Assembly: GCA_951406725.2 (NCBI GenBank)
Contig: OX597816.1
Coordinates: forward strand, 102,424,001-102,488,000
DNA length: 64,000 nucleotides
Direction: 5' to 3'
Source of the DNA: Octopus vulgaris
Lineage: Eukaryota
In this document: positions 29,066 through 41,580 of the stretch, piece by piece
How positions within the stretch are numbered: the stretch's first letter is position 1
How the letters are laid out: each line of letters starts with the position of its first letter
The notes under the pieces: model-generated
Seen by the model: only the letters and a program-made list of their open reading frames with translations
Database searches by the model: none
What the model was told of the DNA's origin: nothing
Position numbers and translations under genes: made by a program

Positions 29066-29137
29066 GGCCGGATAACTGAAGAGATGGCGGCGTGGATTTC
29101 CACCTCGGCATCCGAAACTCGGAGTTTTATCATGGCT
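29066..29137 (+). ncRNA. Type I hammerhead ribozyme (predicted)
   Basis: CTGAAGA 29076-29082, GAAAC 29114-29118, stem I GATAA/TTATC, long imperfect stem II GATG..GTGGA/TCCAC..CATC, stem III ACTC-G-GAGT, triplet GTT 29124-29126. Confidence 0.7.
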
Positions 29138-29198
29138 ACCGAATAGTTTACATTTACATTTACAAGTATATACAAGTATTTACAAGTATATATATATA

Positions 29199-32100
29199 CC
29201 TGGCTACAAGCACAAAGCTGGAACTACCACCACATAAGGCCACCTCCAACAGATGCAGGATGGCCACCACAGACACCAACACCAACACACACACCACAAA
29301 AATATTTCTACTGAATGTAGGAGGGCTGCTGCGCGGAAACTGTAAAAAGAAAATTTCATTCCTGAGAGACCTTGTGACATGCAATCAAGCTATATGCATG
29401 GCACTCACGGAAACGCATCTTGAACCCGATATAGGTGATGCAGAAATACACATGCCGCAATATGCAGTCATACGCATAGATAGAAAAGGGAGGAGCCATG
29501 GTGGAGTTGCAATGTACATCCGAGATGACCTCACGCCCCAGGTCCTGCTGTCATATTCAAACTCAGTATGTGAAACTCAAATTGTACACATAAGACAACT
29601 GAATATCGTCATATGCACTACATATCGCCCACCAGATGCCCCCAAAACACTCAGGCATGTTTGAAGACTGCCTAACAAAAATAGGAGAAGTCCTCACCAA
29701 CCTTGAACAGCACAACAGTGTTTCTTCATGGGTGACTTTAACCTCCCCAATGTGGAATGGCCTGGGGGGCAGATGCTCCCAGGGATGACACACCATCAGC
29801 AGGCACAGGTGGAGTCCCTGCTCCATCTCACAAATGCTTCTTTCATGGAGCAAATAGTTCTGCAACCAACAAGGGCAGATAATATACTGGATCTCTGCTT
29901 CACAAACAATATGGATATTATCCATAATGTTAATGTGATGCCGACAATGATCTCGGATCACAACATAATAGAGCTGTCTATGTATGGAACAAAAGACCCG
30001 CAGACACACAGCCTATACGAAGCACCCACCATCTCTCCAACTTAAACTTTCATAAAGTCAACTGGAAGTCGATTGAGAAAGAGATTCTCAAACAGGATTG
30101 GCCTGAATGTCTCTCCACACCGGACATAAACATGAAACACAAACACTTCATGTCCATAATACAAGCCATATGTGACAAATATGTCCCAATGTGCAGGGCC
30201 AGCACACACAAGAACAAAAACAGGATCCCTAGAGAAAGGAGGATTCTTATGAGACGACGGACAAGGATTGCAAACCGCCTGAGCAAGCACAGCAAAAGTG
30301 GTGAGAAGTCTCGGCTCGAAAGAATGCTAATGGAAACTGAGAAAAGTCTACATCAGTCCCATGAAAAGGAGAGAGCAGATAAAGAAGCTTGGGTAATAGA
30401 AAATATAAAATCAAACCCTAAAGCTTTCTTTAAGTTTGCCAAAGAGACAGGCACAGTGCACCAGAGAATAGGACCTCTCTTCCAAAAAGATGGCTCTCTC
30501 ACAGGAAATCTCACGAGGATAAGTGAAATACTGAACGAACAGTTCCAAAGTGTGTTCACTACACCTCTAGGACACAGGCAAGTAAACAACCCAGAAGAAT
30601 TCTTTGCCACTTTACCAGCAGCCAAAGAGACAAAAATTGAGTACATCAACATCGAAGATGATGATATCACACTAGCCATTGATGAGATTGACACAAACTC
30701 AGCTGCTGGACCTGATGGATTCCCAGCGATCCTTCTCAAATCGTGCAAACGAGCCCTTGCAAAACCGCTACCGCTTCTTTTTCAGAGCTTTCTTGCAAGT
30801 GGTAAGCTCCCAGTCAAACTGAAAGAGGGGGTAATATGCCCTATCCATAAGGGAGGTAGCAGAGCAGATGCTAAAAATTATAGGCCTATCTCTCTGACCT
30901 CACACATCAGCAAAGTCATGGAACGAATAGTCCGTAAGAAACTAATCATGTTCCTTGAAGAAAATGACTTACTGTCTGACACCCAGCATGGATTTCGACA
31001 GCTCCTGCAACACTATGACTGGGTGTTGAAACAGCTACTAAATGGCTCAAATGTGGATGTAATATATCTCGACTTTGCAAAAGCCTTTGATAAAGTCGAC
31101 CATGGTATGATCTGTCACAAACTGCGTGGTCTCGGCATAGGCGGGAAACTTGGAGAGTGGCTGCACAACTTCCTAAAAGACAGAAAACAGGCAGTTGTGA
31201 GCAATGGAGCCACCTCCAAGGAAACGCAAATAACAAGCGGTGTCCCACAGGGCACTGTCTTGGGGCCACTGATGTTCATAGTGGCCCTTTCAGACATGCC
31301 TTCAGTTGCTACGATGACCACCCTTGCTAGCTATGCAGATGACACAAAAGTCTCCCACGCAATACAAAACCCTGAAAATATTGCGCATCTGCAACATGAG
31401 CTGGACACAATATACAGGTGGGCTGAGGACAACAACATGCAGTTTAATGCAGGTAAGTTCCAGGCCCTGCGCTACTGGCACACAAAGGTAAATGACGTGA
31501 AGACTGGATACACTGGCCCAGGAAGAATTGCAATCCCTGAGTCAAAATCAGTGCGTGACCTGGGCATTGACATGAGCAATGATGCATCTTTCCAAATGCA
31601 TATTGCTAATCTGGTGATAAAATGCAAACGGCTAGCTGGATGGATTCTCCGAACTTTCAGAACAAGAGAGAAGGAGACACTGATGGTCCTATGGAAAACA
31701 TTCGTCCTCAGCCGCTTGGACTACTGCTCCCAACTTTGGTCACCACACAATATAAAACAAACAGCTGAACTCGAAGCAACTCAGAGAAGCTACACAAAGA
31801 AAATCGTCTCAATGCAAAATGTCAGCTACTGGGAAAGACTGAAGGTATTAAACCTCTTCTCCCTGGAGCGGAGGCGGGAGAGATATGCAGTGATATACAT
31901 CTGGAAAATCCTGGAGGGTCTTGTCCCAAACTTTGGCATTCAAAGTTACTCCAACCGCAGAACAGGGCGCCGCTGCGTGGTGCCAAGGATTCCAACATCA
32001 CCATCAAAATACAGGTCCAGATACTGCAACAGCTTGGGTTTCAGAGGACCACAGCTCTTTAACATCCTCCCTAAATGCCTGAGAGACTTACATGGTGTGG

Positions 32101-32319
32101 ATGTGGGTTTCTTTAAAACTAAACTGGATCTCTTCTTGTTGGGAGTCCCAGATGAACCTACCTCACGACAGGAGACACGGATGCGGGCAGCAGCATCGAA
32201 CTCCCTTGTTGATCAAGTGCCACGTATCAGAGGTGGATTCACAAACTAGTGTAGCTCATTCAGCGGTGGTGCCCCAGCATGGCCGCGGCCTTCGGGCTAA
32301 AACATTTTTAAGGATTTAA

Positions 32320-32322
<3 letters not shown>
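29199..32322 (+). mobile_element. CR1-group LINE, 5'-truncated, between TA-rich tracts
   Basis: APE and RT coding region, short 3' UTR ending TTTAAGGATTTAAGGA, TA runs at both ends. Confidence 0.92.
29260..32249 (+). pseudogene. LINE ORF2: AP endonuclease + reverse transcriptase, two frameshifts
   Basis: APE motifs LLNVGGL, LTETHL, GGVAMYIR, YRPP, MGDFN, ILDLCF, SDH; RT motifs YRPISLTS, QHGFR, YLDFAKAFDKVDH, GVPQGTVLGP, YADD; frameshifts near 29660 and 30040; 30132..32249 open. Confidence 0.93.
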
Positions 32323-32381
<59 letters not shown>

Positions 32382-32417
32382 ACATACATACATATACATA
32401 TAAATATACACGTATAT

Positions 32418-33360
32418 CAGTGGTGAGGGGTGACTAAGAAACTAGGGTATGCATTCCCCACCCCTGATGCTGGAGGGGGTGTTCCGCGTGTTCCACCCTC
32501 CTTCGTTTGCCGTGAAAAGTGTAGTATTATATACGCTTTGAGATATGGAGTGTCTGAAAATGAAAATAGTCCCACTCCCACGATGCACCGTTTTGAATTA
32601 GTTAGCAAGACACAAGAAACGTACATGTAACTTTGGAAATCACTTTCCAACGATTTCATCCTGTAGGGGCTTTTCAAGCCGTCGACTTTGAGAAAAAATC
32701 GAAATCCTTTTTAAAGTTTGGAACAAAATTCAATATTCACAAACTCTTTAAGCTGATTGAGAGACTACCGAATTAAGTGAATGTGTATAACAATGTACAA
32801 CTTCAGTCAGCGATGCAACTTTTCTGTCTTTATTGGCATCAACTTATCTACTACACCTTTCTTGAAGCCTTTCCTTCTCATCAGCAAATCGCAAAACGTG
32901 TTAAGATTTCATTCGAAGGTCTGTAGTCTCACCTAACATAACAACAACAAAAGCTGTTTTTTTTTCGATCATTGTCTTAATTACATCTTCACTTGTAACA
33001 GCTATACAATTAAATGATTTTGTTTTGAATATCGCTTGAAACTGATGTTCGTTTTCAAAATCACTTCAAAGCTGAGAAAATTTGTTCAGAATGGGTCATC
33101 TTGTTATTCACCCAGACTATTCATAATACTTTCAATCAAAATAACGTTGACATTCCTTGCTGCCCACTTCAGTTTTGATTTTCAGCTTAAGCTTAGCTTT
33201 TGTTTCTCTTTTCCGAGAATGGTAATATTCTTCTTCTCTGTTTCAAAGTTGGGGAAAGTACAGGCAACACCAACGTCCTCTCAACGATTAGCCAGAGATG
33301 ATTTTTAAAATGAGAATATCTGAAATAAATTCAACTACTCTCACAAACAAGAATACTAAA
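32418..33360 (-). mobile_element. Decayed hAT-superfamily transposon fragment
   Basis: Minus-strand VVHCYTHSLNSVVSQSA (about 32750-32801) fits the hAT CxxH motif; then ILFQTLK and DEIVGK*FPKL; outer boundaries uncertain. Confidence 0.55.
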
Positions 33361-33363
33361 ACG

Positions 33364-33400
<37 letters not shown>

Positions 33401-33909
33401 ACTCACGTGGTGAAATTTTGGAGGGAGATACGAATTCGCCTGTCTATATAAATGTGGAGATGCTGGCAGACCGTTCGATTATCGTTATATCGTTCGATGT
33501 CGCCTGGTCGAATTAATATGATGGGTGAGTTTTTTTCCTAGCATTTCTAGATTTATAGGAAATATTATGTTGATAAGGAAATGCATTTTCGATTCCAATC
33601 CAGAAACGAATTCGTCCATAATTGATCCAAGTAGGCTGTGATTGCGTTATCTTCTTTCTCTTTACCATATACGGGTTACAAATTCTATTTGTTTGTGGAG
33701 ACTTATTTTTCTAGTAGTGGTAATGGTAACCTATTTGGCTGCTATTTCTAATATTTTCGGTATGTGGTTTAAGCAAATTGTTGCAATTAACCCTTTATTA
33801 TTATTATATATAATCCTTACCGAATATGGTCATTTCCATACCGAAAAAACTACTAGGTGAAATTTATTAATTTTATTAAATTAATTATATTTCCCCCCTT
33901 ATGTGTATC

Positions 33910-33943
<34 letters not shown>

Positions 33944-33944
33944 C

Positions 33945-34151
33945 ATTTAAGTAAAAAAAAAAAAACAGGAAAAATAACCCAATGTTCTTGTCCGGTACCG
34001 GATCGATCCCACCAAACATCCATGAAAGTTTCATCCTAATCCATCCAGCGCTTCTTGAGATACCTATCTTACTCACAGACAGACAGACAGACAAACAAAC
34101 AAACAAACGTGACTGAAAACAATACCTCCGCCTTAACGAAGGCGGAGGTAA
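33945..34151 (+). mobile_element. Helentron/HINE-like non-autonomous element end
   Basis: (CAGA)n(CAAA)n tract followed by perfect hairpin TACCTCCGCCTT-AACG-AAGGCGGAGGTA (34123-34150). Confidence 0.55.
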
Positions 34152-34459
34152 CTCGCTACCTACATAAATTCTACCAGGAATAAGAACACGAACACACCTG
34201 AGTCAAATCGAATAATAATAATAATAAATATTCCCTTAGACATAACGAAACTCCAGTTCCGCATTTGAACTCATTGAGCCATTTTGAGAGAAGTATATTG
34301 ACCAGGCCTCCTAACACAATATTAACGACTTTATACAAACCAGACTTCTTAAATGGCTGCCCCGTTGCCTTATCCACTCATACAGAAAACTAAATAGGCA
34401 ACAAGATTCAATTTTCATTCTTTTCATTCATTCACTCTTTATTTCACTTATAATTTATG

Positions 34460-34497
34460 TATTTTCTTTCATTCTTTCTTTCTTCCTCCCTTCCTGG

Positions 34498-34552
<55 letters not shown>

Positions 34553-34609
34553 TCCTTTCTTTCTTTCCTTCCTTCTTTCTTTCTTTCCTTCCTTCCTTCC
34601 TTACTTCCT

Positions 34610-34641
<32 letters not shown>

Positions 34642-34756
34642 TCCTTCCTTCTTTCTTTCTTTCTTTCTTTCTTTCTTTCCTTCATTCCTTCCTTCTTTCT
34701 TTCTTTCTTTCTTTCCTTCCTTCTTTCTTTCTTTCTTTCTTTCCTTCCTTTCTTTT

Positions 34757-34824
<68 letters not shown>

Positions 34825-34886
34825 GCCTTCTTTCTGTCCTTCTTTCCTTCTTTCTTTCTTACATTCTTTCTTTCTTTCTTCTTTTT

Positions 34887-34922
<36 letters not shown>

Positions 34923-34930
34923 TCCTTCTT
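34460..34930. repeat. (TTTC)n/(TTCC)n polypyrimidine microsatellite
   Basis: Directly visible; explains KERK-repeat ORFs. Confidence 0.95.
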
Positions 34931-35926
34931 TCTTGTCCTCTTTCATCCGTTGTTTCTTCATTCATTAATTTTCCCTGTCTGCTTATTCCTTTTCTGCCTT
35001 CACCCATCATACCCATATTTTCAGTTTCAATCAGCCTTTCTTTCTTTCCTTCTTCCTTCCTTCCTTTCTTTCAATCTTTCTTTCTTTCTATTCCTCCTTC
35101 CCTCCATCTTTCTCTCTCTCTTTCTCTTTCTCTCTTTCATCTTTTCCTCCGTTCAATTTATTTTCTTAATTAAATTTTTAACATTCAATTCCAGATATTT
35201 ATTTTATTTTCTAGTCTTTCTTTTTTCTCTACTTCACTTTTGCCATCCTTTCTCTTACTCTCTTTATTTTTCTCATTTTTCTTTTTTGCTGCTTTCCTCT
35301 TTTTTCTTTCCCTTTCTTTCTTTTCTTCCTTACATTCTCTTAAATCATTTCCACCCTCTCTTTCCCTCCCGTCTTCATATTTCCCTCTCACTTCCCCTCG
35401 TTTCGTCTCTATATTCTTTTATCTCTTATTCTATTCCATTACCAAACCGCTAACACACATTCCATGTACAGAACGAGCCTTTGACTTCTAGCCCAATGGT
35501 TTCTTTTGAAGTTTTAGACATTTAGGTAGCGTTTCGTCTACAAACCGTGAAGTCAGTCGGTCAAAACCGCCATCTTAAAACGGCAACGAGGTTTTGGCCT
35601 CGTTGTCAATCGTTAGCATATATACATGTATGTGTGTGTGTGTGTGTATGTGCGCGCGCACGTGCGTGTGTCTGTGTGTGTGTGTGTGCATGTGCGTGTG
35701 CACGTGCATGTGTGCGTGCTTGTGTGTGTGTGTGTGCGCACATGTGTATCTGTGTATGAATGTCTCTGTGAGTATCTATGTGTGCGTGAATGTGTGTAAC
35801 AATGTGTGTGTGTGTGTGTGTGTGTGTGAAACCTTACGTTCTCTTCCGATGGCGTTCGTCAGAGCTCAATTCTCTTTAATTTATCTAACGTTCATTCACT
35901 TGCATTTGTCTAGCGATTAGCACACA

Positions 35927-35987
<61 letters not shown>

Positions 35988-36259
35988 ATATACACACTCG
36001 CTCATACATACATATACACACACACATACACACACTCGTACACACACACACACACACACACAAACACACGCAAACACAGCCGCACACAAACACGATAACT
36101 GGATGTATAAACTCAAAGATGTGTACTCACACGCTTGCTCACAACATACATACACACAAATGCACGCGCATGCACTCACACAAACACCGGCATATATCGA
36201 GCAAACAATTATCTTTCATACACTTATACACACACACACGTACACACACAAACACACGT

Positions 36260-36295
<36 letters not shown>

Positions 36296-36336
36296 ACAAA
36301 CAAATGCTCAAACATATTATCTATGGAAAAAGCTAT

Positions 36337-36565
36337 ATATATTTCTTTACTGCCCACAAGGAGCTAAACACAGAGGGGACAAACAAGGACAGACAAATGG
36401 ATTAAGTCGATTACATCGACCCCAGTGCGTAACTGGTACTTAATTTATCGACCCCGAAAGGCTGAAAGGCAAAGTCGACCTCGGCGGAATTTGAACTCAG
36501 AACGTAACGGCAGATGAAATACCACTAAGCATTTCGCCCGTCGTGCTAACGTTTCTGGTAGCTCA
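36337..36565 (-). mobile_element. SINE family C
   Basis: Reverse complement matches 60466-60670. Confidence 0.85.
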
Positions 36566-37025
36566 AGACTAATCATACTTTTATACAAGCACTCACATAC
36601 ACACAATTACATACAAACATATACACATACTGACTTAACACACAGATACATACACTCAAATACGCCAAAACATATCACCTAAGAAACTTAATGTTTAAAT
36701 GCATTAATGTGTAAAAGCATATTTACGTATGGTAATATGTATACACAGTTACATAACTATATACATTATTCAAGCACGATATACATACACGTATACAGAC
36801 ATACTCACACACACACACGCGCGCGCGTGCACATATATATGTAATAATATTTTATAAGCTTAAAGCTCATAAGCAATCACCGTGCATTGACTAACGTAAA
36901 TAGTCTAATATTGGTGCCTATAAGCCCTCGATGGAAAAAAGTATGCATGGGATTCGAACCCACACCACTATGCATTCGCAGCATGTATAAATATATGTGT
37001 ATGTATGGTATATTTGTACGATATA

Positions 37026-38248
37026 TAGGGGTTGGACAAAATAATGTAAACACCTAGCATCATAGCATCATAATTTTGAAATTTCTATAAAGTCGTCAAA
37101 AGCTTGTTTTTTTTTTAATGTTCTTTGATTTATTATTACTGTTGCTTAATATGTTTTGCTAAAATTTCTGTTTCTTTTCAGATATAATAAGAAAAAGGTA
37201 ATTAAAATTCATTAAAATAACAGATCTATCGTACTTTCAAAGAGGTCAAATTGTTGATGGTAGCGTAATGAAAACAGCCGAAATGTTTGATGTATCAGGA
37301 AAATACTATCTCGAAAGTAATGACAGCACTTGAGAAAGAGGGAAAAACCTCCTCGTCGAAACAAAACTCCGGAAGAAAACCAAAATTTTCAGATAGGGAC
37401 TGTCAAAATCTTACGCGAATTGTTAGAAAGGATCACAAATTTACTGCAGAGCTTAATGACCACCTCAAGAACTCAGTTTTCACAAAAACTGTTTGCCGGG
37501 AGCTGCACAAAGCCGAATTTCACGGGAGGGCTTCAATCAGAAAATCACTACTTTCAAAAACAAACGCCGCAAAGCGTTTAGAGTGGAGTAAAAACCTACA
37601 GAATTGGTCCCTGGAGCAATGGAAGAATGTTATTTTCTCGGACGAGTCATTCTTTACCTTATTTCCGACCACCGACCAAGTATACGTGTGAAGACAGACT
37701 GCATTCTTCCAACTGTTAAACATGGAGGGGGATCTGTGATGATCGGGGGGGGGGGCTATAACTTAGAAATCCGCCGGCCCAATGTTTTTCCTTCATGGCA
37801 GAATTAATAGTCAAGACTATTTAAGTATTTCATTTGATCAAATTCATCCTATGGCTGTGGAACTGTCTCCGGAGGGAAACGCAATCTATCGGGATGATAA
37901 GGCACCAATTCACAGAGCTAAAGTTGTTACTGAATGGCACGAGGAACATTCTAGTGAAGTTGAACATCTTATCTGGCCTCCACAATCCCTAGATCTCATT
38001 TATTATTGAACATTTTTGGTGCATTTTAGAAAAAACAAGTAAGGAGTCGATATCCTCCAGGATCATCAGTACAAGAACTGTTTTAGTTGATGAATGGACA
38101 AAAATTCCTTTGGAAACAATTCAAACTTTGTACAAGTCCATACCTCGTAGAATTCAAGCTGTAATTACTGCCAAAGGCGGTTCTACTCCATATTAAAATA
38201 AATTTGCTTGAAATTTTAAGGTGTTTCCATTATTTTGTCCAACCCATA
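37026..38248 (+). mobile_element. Tc1-family DNA transposon, both ends present, inactivated
   Basis: 30-bp TIRs TAGGGGTTGGACAAAATAATGTAAACACCT / AGGTGTTTCCATTATTTTGTCCAACCCATA, flanked by TA. Confidence 0.92.
37215..38195 (+). pseudogene. Tc1 DDE transposase, frameshifted
   Basis: SGRKPKFSDRD, WKNVIFSDES, VKHGGGSVMI, DDKAPIH, WPPQSLDL spread across ORFs 37287, 37604 and 37782. Confidence 0.9.
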
Positions 38249-38665
38249 TATATATATGATTATGTTAAAAGGCATAAGAATATATTGATGATCTTTACAA
38301 TAGCTTTGACATAGCAAGAAAGAAGTTTGGAATACATTCAGTGTAGTTTAATACTATATCGGTTTAAGGAAATAATTTGGTGAATAAGGAAAACAGTCTT
38401 TCTTAAGGGTTTTCTATATCACATTTTCTATACCACATTGCCAGAAAAAATAATTTTAGAGAATTAGATGCTGATTATTGATAACTTTTGCTAGAAGGCT
38501 TGACAAACGTAGGAATGTTTTGTGTTTGAAAGACCCCATTAGTGAGTCAACATAAGTAATAATTTTAGACAACAATGTGAAATTATGAACAGAGATAATA
38601 ATACACGCAGTTATTAAAAATTAGAGTTGAAATTAATGCATAGCTCGCCCTTATATATATATATA

Positions 38666-38870
38666 GTTAATCCAAACATGAAAACACAAAGAGAAAACAC
38701 AAAAACGCGAGGACGTGGAACAAGTCTAGCGTTATTGGACGCTCAGGAAAGGAAAGAAAGAAGGAGGAATTAACGTTTCGAGCGGAGCTCTTCGTCAGAA
38801 ACATAGAAAAAGGAAAGATCCTAGGAAGGGAAGACGGAGGAAAAAATCGCCAACGATACACACGCGGTCA
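38666..38870 (-). mobile_element. Penelope-type terminal fragment with minimal hammerhead
   Basis: Minus strand CTGACGAAGAGCTCCGCTCGAAACGTT then TTCCTGAGCGTC, also present at 55369-55380; ends in (TA)n. Confidence 0.65.
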
Positions 38871-38959
38871 CACACACACGCACACAAATATGTGTGTGTG
38901 TGTGTGTCTGCATATATATGCATACATATACATATATGTAGATATGTAGACAGCCAGGA

Positions 38960-40900
38960 TACTTTACCACCATGGTACTACAGATTCCAAAGCAAGAGTA
39001 GAATTTGCAGACAAATTATATTCTACAGTTTGAAGTATCGGCATGCAAATCTTGCAATGGCATGGATCGATTACATAAAAGCTTAAGACACAGTTCCAGG
39101 CTGCTGGATTCCATGACTGTTTAGAGATTGAATGGATTCAAGAGAATGTGAGGAAATTGACTGCAAAATGTATGAGTAAATGAATGGAAAACAAAATATT
39201 AGACTCTTTTGTACGAACCTTGATGGAAATATTGGCTTGGGATTTACGATTAAATTCTGGAGAGTTTTAGTTATGCAAAATTAATAACAGAACTGTAATA
39301 TATTATCAGTTAATTAAATTTTAAACTGAGACAAAAGTTCTTTAAATAAAAGAATTCAGACGATCGTTTGAATTAAGGATTAGAGCTAGGCTAATGTGTG
39401 CTAGTTATATTTAGAATACATGTGCTATATCTCTTTCGAGGGATATCGGAGGAGTCTTAGAACGGAATATAGTAGAGAAGGTTACTTAAGTTAAGACACT
39501 TCTAAATATGGTGATAATATATGGGGCGTTGCACTCAAAGACCAAAGTCAAGGGGATTTATATACCCTGTAAAATGAGGTGGCAGGTTAATTTGCCGAAC
39601 AGAATGTACAGAGACGGGGTGAAATGATGTAGCATGGTACGCAGGAAATTATATAGAAATGCTATTAGAAGAGACTATGAAAGGTGGGATGTTCCGAATG
39701 TTCGACTAAAATATTTATGGCTTCAGGTAAACGATGGATAGCTTTTAAGAAAGATGAATAAATATATAGATATGAATACACAATACTTATTGGTACAAGG
39801 TCTGAACTTTTGGGGAAGGGCACATCAACCCCAGTGTTCAAATAGTACTTGTTTTATCGAACCCGAAAGGATGAATAGCTATGACGATTTATAGAATATT
39901 TGAGAAGTAAATGCAGTAAATTTGCTCTGAAGAAATATAACGTAAAACATTAATCTACATACATAGGTTGCTGGAAATTATGACAAAATAAATACATAGA
40001 TAGATAAACAAATAAATAAGTAAATGAAAATTAAAAATGCAGAGAACAGCGAAATTATATGACCCCACTATAAGCGAGTCAAGTGACAAATTTTTAAAGA
40101 AAAATTTCATATTCCAATGCGAACATATAATAAAGAGTAGAGAATACAATATTGTCATAATGAACATGTGAAATGATTGAGATTGCGAGTGAGGATCGAG
40201 TAATAGTTAAGAGAGTTTGCAAATATTGAAACATAATGGATGGAAGCACTCCGTCGGTTACGACGACGAGGGTTCCGGTTGATCTGAATCAACGGAACAG
40301 CCTGCTCGTGAAATTGACGTGTAAGTGGCTGAGCACTCCACAGACACGTGTACCCTTTAACGTAGTTCTCGGGGATATTCAGCGTGACACAGAGAGTGAC
40401 AAGGCCGGCCCTTTGAAATACAGGTACAACAGAAGCAGGAAGTAAGAGTGAGAGAAAGTTGTGGTGAAAGAGTACAGCAGGGATCACCACCATCCCCTGC
40501 CGGAGCCTCGTGGAGCTTTAGGTGTTTTCGCTCAATAAACACTCACAACGCCCGGTCTGGGAATCGAAACCGCGATCCTATGACCGCGAGTCCGCCGCCC
40601 TAACCACTGGGCCATTGCGCCTCCACTTCCTTATACAGGATTATTACGATGATCTGATCGAAACATAATATTGAAACATAATATTGAGATGATAAATGTA
40701 ATAGAGTCTCTAGGCAAGGTCTGTGAAAGTAAAAAGATCAAGAGAAATAAGAATAAAAAATAAGAACAGAATGTTTCTCAAGTATTTTATAAGGAATTCA
40801 TAGAACATTAAGAAGTGTGTTAGAAATCTAGATTAAATGGTTAAGAATAATAAATAAAAAGGTTTTATGTCTCAAATTACTAGCTGTAATTGGTTTCCAA
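38960..40900 (+). mobile_element. Highly decayed Dong/R4 LINE interrupted by SINEs
   Basis: NLAMAWIDYIKA*DTVP (about 39050-39100), NFIFQCEHII (about 40105-40130), RTLRSVLEI* (about 40805-40830), collinear with 19731-21635. Confidence 0.6.
40236..40625 (-). mobile_element. SINE family D: tRNA-like head GGAGGCGCAATGGCCCAGTGG joined to tail X
   Basis: Pol III-like boxes on minus strand (TGGCCCAGTGG; GGTTTCGATTCCC); head shared with 46567, tail shared with 610-786. Confidence 0.85.
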
Positions 40901-41159
40901 AGGCGGAAAAACATCTGAGAAGTAAGGAAAAGAAACAACTAAGTTGGATTTGAAATTATAATAACTAAATGCGACAAGATGCTTTGTCTAACGATCTGTT
41001 GCCACCAATCCACCGCTTCCCTTTTTTCTTCAAATTTGTGCTACCTTATTTTCTACCAAAATTTGTTTTTGTTTATCTTTTGTTGGCGAATGTGTTTCGT
41101 CCTTTGTAAAACCAATATATATTAATTTATTCGCTGCATATAATAATAACCTACAAATA

Positions 41160-41580
41160 GGCGCAGGAGTGGCTGTGTGGTAAGTAGCTTGCTAACCAAC
41201 CACATGGTTCCGGGTTCAGTCCCACTGCGTGGCATCTTGGGCAAGTGTCTTCTGCTATAGCCCCGGGCCGACCAATGTCTTGTGAGTGGATTTGGTAGAC
41301 GGAAATTGAAAGAAGCCCGTCGTATATATGTATATATATATATATAAGTGTGTGTATATGTTTGTGTGTCTGTGTTTGTCCGCCCAACATCACTTGACAA
41401 CCGATGCTGGTGTATTTACGTCCCCGTCACTTAGCGGTTCGGCAAAAGAGACCGATAGAATAAGTACTGGGCTTACAAAGAATAAGTCCCGGGGTCGATT
41501 TGCTCGACTAAAGGCGGTGCTCCAGCATGGCCGCAGTCAAATGACTGAAACAAGTAAAAGAGTAAAGAGTAAAGAGTAAA
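41160..41580 (+). mobile_element. SINE family A, full-length reference copy
   Basis: Head TGGCTGTGTGG...GGTTCAGTCCC, internal (TA)/(TG) tract, tail ending (AAAGAGT)n. Confidence 0.92.
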
